From the NCBI GenBank assembly GCA_965637545.1, contig OZ281498.1, forward strand, positions 17,050,001-17,114,000: 64,000 nt of DNA. Reading direction: 5' to 3'. The DNA is from Phallusia mammillata. Taxonomy: Eukaryota. The notes beneath the pieces are model-generated. The model was not told the DNA's origin and did not search any database. It was given only the letters and a program-made list of their open reading frames with translations. Of the stretch, positions 55,901 to 64,000 are shown in pieces; position 1 is the first letter of the stretch; every line of letters begins with the position of its first letter. The position numbers and the translations under genes were made by a program.

Positions 55901-58582
55901 CAGATATTTGGTTTGAACTTATTTCAAACGCCACATTAAGCTTGTGGACAAACGGTTTTGCAATTAGAATCATTTTTGAACATAAATCCCAGCAAAAACA
56001 TACTGCAAACAGCAAAGAACGTATGGATATAAAATCTAACTTACTATAAAACTGTCCCAACAACAAATTTCAAGTCAAAAATTAGAGATATTTTTTATTC
56101 CCAAATTAGTGGTAATTTGTGCTAGTCCAAGATTTGCTTGAAAATGTTTTGCTCTGTACGCGTTTTGTAGCAAATTGCAGGTGGTACTTCACTCACATGA
56201 ATATACAACACACCCCTTTTTAGTACGCTTATTCGCCGATTGAGTATCCTATTTCTTACGTGTTGAACTCCGACATATACTTTGGCATCGAAGCAAGAGG
56301 AGGTTCAAACTTGGATTTATTCACTGAAACTTGTGAGGCGAAGCCAGTCACTCAAACTGACACAACTGACACTTACGAGATGATTAAAAACGGGTAAGAT
56401 ACCATTTCTTGCAGAAAACCCTTATCTGACGTAAGGCGAGAATAAGTAAATAGTTGTGATGCACACTAAAACCTAGTTTAAAAAAGAGTGGTGTGGGTGA
56501 AAAAAATAGAAAACAAAAATATTTTGTTGCCAGTTTAAAAACCCATTGTGTTATACATGATCTACGAAAATAGTCTTCTAAACTTAAACGATTTTTACTA
56601 ATAATGTACAATAATTGTTTAACCTATATCTAGGGCGGCCACAATTTCCCAAGTCATTGCTTTTATAAGTGTTATTGATGTGTGTGAAGCAAGTGATCCA
56701 AAAATACACAAGCTAGGTTCCATGCGCATTTGCAACGCATAATCGACAAAGTTAATGAAGGTCCCCTTCGCACGAAAGCGTCGGTGTTTGTTTTTCTAGA
56801 TTTCAAGGTTACCTTTAAATTAAAGACGACTTACGGGAACAACGTTTATTTATCATAACAAACTCAAAGGACTGGTTGTGAGTTTTCTAACAAACCACTC
56901 TCTGCATGAAACTCATACAATCTTGTGAAAACAATCAAACGTTTTAATCAATGCTCATAGAATGATTGACATTCAAAGCATAGTTTGTCCAAGTCATTTT
57001 GGTAAGTTATTGTATGCTTGTTTTGTGTTTAGTTGTTTGGAAGATGACACGATGCTAAATTACGATATTGACGAACAACCGCTGGAGAATCGGTACAGCA
57101 TTAAGGCTTTTCGATTTCGCGATGGACTTCCGAACATCACCGCCAATACTAATGTGTACATCGAGGTGCGTATTTTTACCTTTGACTGCTTGTCAAACAG
57201 TTTTTATTACTGAGAACAGAAAACTGGTGGCATATATCAAAATGCAAACTCTTTGTTTGTCTAATTCAAAAACAAAACGTCCAACCGGTTACATTACGAA
57301 ACAACGAGATTAATTTCATCAACTTTTATTATAAATTACCATGACGTCACAAAAAGAACGACAAAAGTACCAAATGATAATGTAATTGCATTTTGAAAAA
57401 TGTCGAATTACCACTTTAGGGGTAATTGACCAGAACCACTGGTATAAAGGCACCTGTAAACACTACAAAACCGTTTAAAAGCATTTTTACGTAAACAAAA
57501 AAAATAGTATCAAAACCTAAGAATGCATTTCGGCTGTGCAGTGCACTGTTCGTCTTTGTGTGGCATCTGACAACACGACGCGGTGTTATGAAGGCTGCGT
57601 ATCTTCCGCTGAAGCCAGAAAGAAACGCCACTCTGATGAGGATTTGTGGGATAATGAAAACGCCCTGGGTGTTGCGCACACTCGGTAAGAAACATTTAAA
57701 TTGAGTGTGCATATTGCTTTGATATGCACAGGCAATAAAACTTTATAATTTATAAGAACTTTCAATGCAAGTTAGGACAATATCAATATCTGTTTTAGTG
57801 GGAGAATTTTAGCATTCTCAACTAAACTCACTCACATATGCCATATGCCTCGTAACACTTTAGTTTTGTCGCAATTTGTTTCAAAGACTCATTTGCAATA
57901 ATTTCGCGTTAAACCCGTCAGACAAAAAATGTTAACAAATGCGAAGTTATGTTAAGCTACATTTGCTTTCCAACTTTTGAATGGCTTCGATTGTTTTGGG
58001 CAGCAAATATAGGTTTATTATTAAGCGAGGAGCTATGGCTAATTATAAGATCCTAGGTGTTAAATGTGATGAAAAACTGGCCTAGAAAAACTGGAAAAAA
58101 ATTACAACAGATTTGCATGGTTTATTTTGTTCAACAGGAGTAAACGCCAACAAGAAGTTCGACAGAGTGATTCACATCCCGTAGGAGGAAACAACGCCAT
58201 CCGAATTCAAGTGGTAATTTCAAGTAAGCATCTTACATTGCAGTAAAAATAATCTTTACTAAGATATTTTTAAGCTGGATGTACGAGTACAACTTTATTT
58301 TATCCTTCTGTGTATGCAGACAATACAGTTGTGGTAGAAAATGACACACCAACAGATGATGGTACACAGCAAACCCTAATTATCATCGCAGCATCGGCGG
58401 GATCGGTGATATTTGTGCTACTTGTTTTAACTACAGTGTATGTTAGCTATCAATCCAAGAAACGAAAGGAGATGTTAGCAGCAATCATGCCCTTGAATCA
58501 CCCAGGAACACCGCCAAGTGGTCAATGGGCAATTAAGGTCCCTCCGCCGTACTTTGAAGGTGACTCAGTAAAAAGAGAGTAG
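49937..58582 (+). CDS. ZP-domain type I membrane protein with Sib-like/cadherin-like N-terminal region and EGF (paralog B), about 825 aa
   Basis: 16 exons: 49937-50056, 50440-50648, 50769-50906, 51290-51431, 52485-52647, 52910-53051, 53592-53747, 54315-54355, 54420-54551, 55076-55269, 55630-55875, 56224-56393, 57033-57165, 57542-57684, 58138-58223, 58320-58582 (2478 nt, in frame). Intron phases identical to paralog A. Signal MDCKLLFAVFAVFFLNYADC; furin site RKKR; TM LIIIAASAGSVIFVLLVLTTVYV; cytoplasmic PPPY. AATAAA at 59102. Confidence 0.9.
50998..51256 (+). mobile_element. 5'-truncated RTE-clade LINE 3' end (Rex3/Expander-like)
   Basis: Translates [30 protein letters not shown] (RTE ORF C-terminus), followed by GCTGCTGCCCCCGCGACC (Rex3-type 3' motif) and an (ATG)n microsatellite tail; internally deleted and decayed. 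Confidence 0.8.
51725..52327. mobile_element. hAT-type MITE with TAGGGCTG ends
   Basis: 16-bp perfect TIR TAGGGCTGTTATCAAA; AAATAATCAAATA subterminal repeats; TSD decayed (5/8). Confidence 0.8.
54763..54918. mobile_element. Short hAT MITE
   Basis: CAGTGGTGCACAAC...GTTGTGCACCCCTG; TSD not preserved. Confidence 0.65.
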
Positions 58583-60310
58583 ATTTACGTTGCCGACCAA
58601 AGCACGGTAAAGTATAATTGAACACTTTGTACATGATTGATAACTTACAATGATTATTTGATGTATGTGTACATTTTGATTTACTATCTTATTACCGACT
58701 TTTCATACCTGATTCTTATGAATTATGATTGTCTGTGAATAGTTTACCATGCAAACTTTTAACTGAAGCTGAACTTTCTAACGCCTCCGTCATATTATAG
58801 ATTAAACCAACAGCCACGTGCCGTATACTTTCGCAATCGCGTTGACTTAATGTCGCGACCGTTGTTTATATGCATTGACTTTGCCTCATGACTCAAACGG
58901 ACACGGAAAGAATTAATCGATTCATTCATAAAACATTTCTTATACTAAACCCATACACTTTTTTGTTGTTTGTCATACAAAACACAGCTGATTTTATTAA
59001 AGCCTCTCACTTTCCTAACCCCAGCCCCAAAACTAGCTTGTAAAGATTTCTTCAAGTTACCGGTGGGTCTTTTCCCAATTTATGCCATACAGCTACCGAT
59101 AAATAAATCGTGTAAATAAAAGCATATATCTAATTAAACCCAGTATGATGTCGTCTATTGGTTTTCGATTTTATTTGCTGCACTGTCTACCTTCCATAAC
59201 CTTAACCGAAAAAAATCGAGCTACCCATAGTAAATCTAGAAAAGAGGCTTTGGTATATGTAGCCAATTGACCATACTTGCAACGAATATACAAACGTTAC
59301 GTAATTTGAAATTCTTATCTCTTTCTGCCATTTTCAGGGTAAAACCGGCGCCAAATTACTTTTTCAAGGTCTTTTGCAAAAGTTGGCTTTTTTCAAAACT
59401 TTTCCAGGCCTTAAAAATACAAATTTAAATTCCATAACCTTCAGGTTTTCCATACCCGCGGGAACCCTGTTTGAAAGCTAAGTGATTTAAAAATGTTCCT
59501 TTAAAAAACGATGACAAATTGACATCGGTATTCAAGTTAAAAATAGCCAATGCAATGGAGAGGTTTGCTTAAGTTTATGAACGATTTCGCCGACTCAAAG
59601 TGTACGTTTTTAGCTCACCTCAAGCAACTGTAAATACCCTGAAGGAGCTGGTCTAGCCTTTGACGGAACTTTTATTGTCGAATTTTGGATTAGGAACAAA
59701 CAAATGAACACAATTTCACATACACACATCAAGACAGTGAGGCAGCGTTACAACATTGCACAGACACAGACAAGTATAATTAATTGAACCAACACAAGTA
59801 AGCGTACAAACAACGAAAATATGACAAGGTTTGCAATAATCGGTGTTAAAAGCAAAATTATAATCTCGCCGTTTCCGCCTGAGAAATACAAATGTGGCAT
59901 TGCAGCAGTACATTTTTGACACTTGTGTATATTCTAGCTGTTCTTAGTACTAATACTTAGAACGCAGCATTGTATGTTAAATGCTTGCGTCGGTGCCTTA
60001 TTGTAATACTTTTTAGAATAACTTAATAAGATTTAGAGATGCAAGGAATTCCAAAACCTTTTTATTGCAATTTGCGGATAAAATAAAGTTACCTTTATTA
60101 AAGGGGAGAAAATGAAACAACTGCTCCGTTGTTATATTATTACGTACGATAGGGCTGATAACACCTGAGCGAGCGCGGCCTGGAGTAATTGGAAAAACTA
60201 TTCGTTTAAATCGGCAAAACCACAAAAAGAACAACCTCTTAGAAGTTCACGGTTATTTGGATTAGGCATAACATTTGACATTTCTTAAGAAATATAACGT
60301 TAAACGGTGT

Positions 60311-63300
60311 CTAAAGATACATGGACTGTTTCTTTTCAATTTTCTTCCGACAAATATGACAGACTTTTAAAGTTTCTGAGCACTTGCGACAGGTAGTATG
60401 ACCGCATGGAACAAATACAACTTCCATTTGAGTTTCCATGCATATCGGACAAGTCTTTTCCTCTTGAAGTGCGTTAAGCTGTAAACGACATAGTTGGCAC
60501 TAACTGCTAACGTTAATTGATATTGCTACAATAAAGAGCATGTGTATTTAAAAAAGAAAATGCCTATTTCATTTCAGTTTTAAGAAATATTAGGATGAAA
60601 AACAAATTGAACAGTTTTTTGTATTTTAATTAAGTTAAATTCGTTGACAAAGCAGAAAGTTAAATTCGTTCTTAAAAAGTAGAACTACAGACGAATTCGG
60701 GTAGTTGTATAAAAGCTTGGCAATTCAGAGATGCGATTAACCGGATTTGCATTGCAGTAGATTCATTACAATATACCTATTTTCTCTATAGAGCAGTAGT
60801 TCTCAACCGGTGATCCACATGACGTTAACTATATTTTGTGTCAAATTGGAAATAGGCTAATTGCAAATAATTTATAGAATATTCAGTACGAAAAAAGCTG
60901 ATTCAAGTATCTAATTGGCAATTTGTTGTTATCTGTTATATCTCAAATACATTAAAAAATATATTTCAAGACAACATGCTTGTGGTGGAAGCTTTCTTTA
61001 TCCTTATTTAACAATGGACTGGTCCACGATATTTATTTGACTGGACTGATCGTCCATGGCCTGAAACGAGTTGAGTACCACTGCTACAGAGCCTGTTGTT
61101 GACGAAACCTCCAGGGACCGTAAATGCAATTCAAGTAGCTTAAAATGAACTCAGATCATCAAAAAAAATTAGTTTAATTTAGCGAAATGGCCCGCAGCTT
61201 TAACTCAAATGAATCCGCTGCTTAAAAAAATGTAATTAGTACATAGCATTCAAATTATTATTTTTCCCAAGTGGATGAAGCATAATATTTCCAGTTTATA
61301 GACCTTTCAAGAACCACTAAAAAACTAATAAAGGCACTCTAAATCGTTTGGTCACACCTTTTGTTGCATCTGTTCCACATTGCTCGTTAGAGGCAAGTCT
61401 TCTCCATTGACGGATTTTGAACAAATCGGTTTCTTGCATTCAACACATTTTTTGGCACGACGGGCACAATCTGAAAAACAGTTAGAAATGTTAAACATAA
61501 TTTTGTTTCCAAAACTAGAGCAAACACCTTAAAATAGAAAACAAGCTGTCTTCTGGTTTGTTTCGAGATGTTGCCCATTATTTAATTAAATTGGATGCCA
61601 AATTAAGTATTTTTGCCATCTTGGGCATAATTAAAACATTTCACATTTTTAATTAGGCACTTTACTTAATGTTCGCTATACCACACCATGCCAAAAAGGG
61701 CGATGTCAACAAACACAAAATTTCATAACATAACATTATTGTACATTTATTGAGTCATAACATTATTGTACATTTATTGGGCCATCACAGTTTTGCGGAA
61801 TTGACTAATAAAGGATTTTACTTGAACTTACCAACACATAAGATCACGTGACCACAGGGTCCGAAGTGCACAACAGCAGGGTAATCTTCACACAGTTGGC
61901 ATAGACGCTCGGCTAAAGGCGTTTGACTGAAACAAGAAAAAAATGCTCGGAATCAAATGGGTCGTTGAGTTTGAGGTTGTTTTACTTACAGATTTTATGG
62001 TTGTGATTTATTGAGATGTTTATTAACTAGTAAACTACACATACAGCAGCAGTTAATCCGAGAAGTAACGTTGGAAAACGAATAAAGTAAGAATTGATCT
62101 CATGGAAAGAAACACTTTTTTGCTCATGTGAGTACCAACTAAGTTTGTGTATTAATTTTTCACCTTGTTAATAATCCTGCACAATCCATTAAACAATCAA
62201 CATGATGTTGGGAAGCAATTCTTTCAACGAGTTTCGACACAGTGGCACCTCTAGAAGCAAGATAGCAGACGAGAGCAAAAGACTTTGAGATAGCGCTATT
62301 CAATGCGATTGGAATATGTCTCAAAAAGCAGGATTTTACCTAAAACAAATTGTATAGCATATGGTTATAGTTAAAAGGTTGTTTCGTCATGGCCAAAAAT
62401 TAAAATAAAATCTGCATACGGTTTAGTAAAGAAAAGTGTTAAACGGGTAATTTGCTTCTGAAAATGTTTTTAGACATAAATTAATTTGTGATCGCGATAA
62501 TATTACGCCTACCTTAAGCCAGCTGGCATCACGTTGACACAATTCATCGCTGATGGTAAAAGTATCAGTGTCCCTGCATACGTCCGCCGTTTTATTTACA
62601 CAGGACTCCACTACTTCATTCAGCATGTTTTCTTCGACACCAGAGACGCTAAGGAGTTCAGTGATCACGTCAAAATGCAGGTTTCCACAGGCAAGATGAA
62701 AAGCAGTCTTGAAATCGCCAGTGCGCAGAGCAGGGTTACATTCCTGTGAAAAATATGTCAATTTATCCCTTAATAGTATATAATTTTTTAAGCACTGAAG
62801 TCGGACTAGGAGTTCGGATAGTTGTGAAAACAACGCGTAAAAAGACTGTATGGACCTGTTAAAACTCACAAAGTAAAGGGCTTACACAAGAAAGAAGTGC
62901 CTTCACTACACTCAGGTGACCGTGAAACGCGGCCAAGTGTAACGGAGTCATGCCATCACGTGACAGTTGATCTGCAATGTCGCTGCGTTTTCGCAATATG
63001 TCCTCCACAATTCTGGAACAAAATGCACATTGATAAACAGAATAAAGGCCAATAGCAAGTTTACAAAATACGTTTCAATGATGAAATTTTGCAAATAATT
63101 TTCATAATCTTAAACTTTTATAAATTGTTTCCTTTACAAGCTTTGAAGCGTTTGTATGATAACACTCTAATTTGTCCGAAAAGGTTTCACCATTACAGTT
63201 TTATCATTTTTTATCTCGAATTAAAAAAAAATAATGCTGTGTTATTTGTTAACAATGCCGTCTTACATAGTTCTGCCTTGTTCAGCAGCATAGTGCAAAA

Positions 63301-63787
63301 CATTGTATCCGTTATTGTCCAATACAGCAAAGCGGTCATCCCACGAATCTAGGAGACCAAGAGCGCTTGCGTCATCGACTTTGTGACGTAGGCAATGATG
63401 CAAGAGGGTACCATCATCGGAGAAATGCTTAACGATGTCAAAAACATATATTTTATTTACTGAATTACCACTGATGTAGTGTAAGACATGTGATTCAGTA
63501 AACATTGATAAAATATCAAATTTTCTGCCTTTGTTGCACAAGCAACATCATTAAAACAAATACACGTTTTTGTGAAATCATTAAAACAAATACACGTTTC
63601 ACTTGAGAAAAATAAATTTAGTCCAATATTTATGTTTGGTTTAGCAACAAGGGGTTAAAACTACAGTTCATATTTATTTTTACCGTAGTAGAGACTCTTT
63701 TGGTAACTGCACTGATGTCATCAAATTCTTTCCGCCGAGAAGTCCCTTCCACGCAATCCATGACGTCATCATGTTCATGTAAAGGGG
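60311..63787 (-). CDS. MIB2: Mind bomb-like E3 ubiquitin ligase, ankyrin repeats + two RING fingers (3' part; 5' end off window)
   Basis: Exons 63787-63684 (frame uncertain), 63427-63267 (acceptor uncertain), 63012-62886, 62743-62513, 62339-62164, 61926-61832, 61470-61358, 60478-60311. Ankyrin motifs GYNVLHYAAEQG, GMTPLHLAAFHGHLSVVKALL, KTAFHLACGN; LVCYLASRGA; RING CQLC...FGPCGHVILCVDCARRAKKCVEC; terminal RING CPICM...FVPCGHTTCRKC...CHIC. Two RINGs fit MIB2 rather than three-RING MIB1; orthology is not established. Confidence 0.8.
60794..61083. mobile_element. hAT (Charlie/Buster-type) MITE
   Basis: CAGTAGTTCTCAAC...GTTGAGTACCACTG; TSD CTATAGAG/CTACAGAG (7/8). Confidence 0.8.
61729..61779. 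repeat. Tandem duplication, 24 bp x2 (period 27)
   Basis: CATAACATTATTGTACATTTATTG at 61729 and 61756; intronic. Confidence 0.85.
63547..63599. repeat. Tandem duplication, 23 bp x2 (period 30)
   Basis: ATCATTAAAACAAATACACGTTT at 63547 and 63577; probably intronic. Confidence 0.85.
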
Positions 63788-64000
63788 CTGCAAAATCGCG
63801 TGACTGCTATTAATGTCTCAAAATGCACCAACTTCAAGCAATAGCAGCTAATAAAATCAGTAAGAAACCGTTTTTAACTCATACATTGATGTTACAGATG
63901 GCAGCTGTTAAAACAAAGCCCAAGTTTTTTTAATTATCAAATTAAAAATAAACATATTAAGATCCACAGAAATTCAATACCGGGATCAAGCCTGAAGCGT

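Noticed and set aside
59335-59469. CAGGGT...CCCGCGGGAACCCTG partial MITE
   Set aside because: Only the right end looks authentic; no TSD.

Overview
AT-rich, intron-containing animal genomic DNA. The short introns, dense hAT MITEs and EGF-ZP genes are most consistent with an invertebrate chordate such as an ascidian (inference). I assembled six spliced genes by hand from GT-AG junctions with consistent phases; most ORF-track entries are exon fragments or antisense shadows. (1) Minus strand, running off the left end: a secreted protein with a fibulin-2-type N-terminal Cys-rich module and a >1 kb Q/G/Y/N/S-rich exon. (2) TMEM209, complete, 14 coding exons. (3-5) Three co-oriented plus-strand ZP-domain membrane protein genes: one with 13 EGF repeats + ZP + TM (VC120/uromodulin-like layout), and two 16-exon tandem paralogs carrying an unnamed Sib-like/cadherin-like N-terminal region + EGF + ZP + TM. 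(6) The 3' part of a Mind bomb-like ankyrin/two-RING E3 ligase on the minus strand. About 14 hAT-type MITEs (many with 8-bp TSDs) and one RTE (Rex3/Expander-like) LINE 3' fragment lie in introns and intergenic DNA. The ZP cluster is the most interesting part. All family assignments come from remembered motifs; no database search was run.
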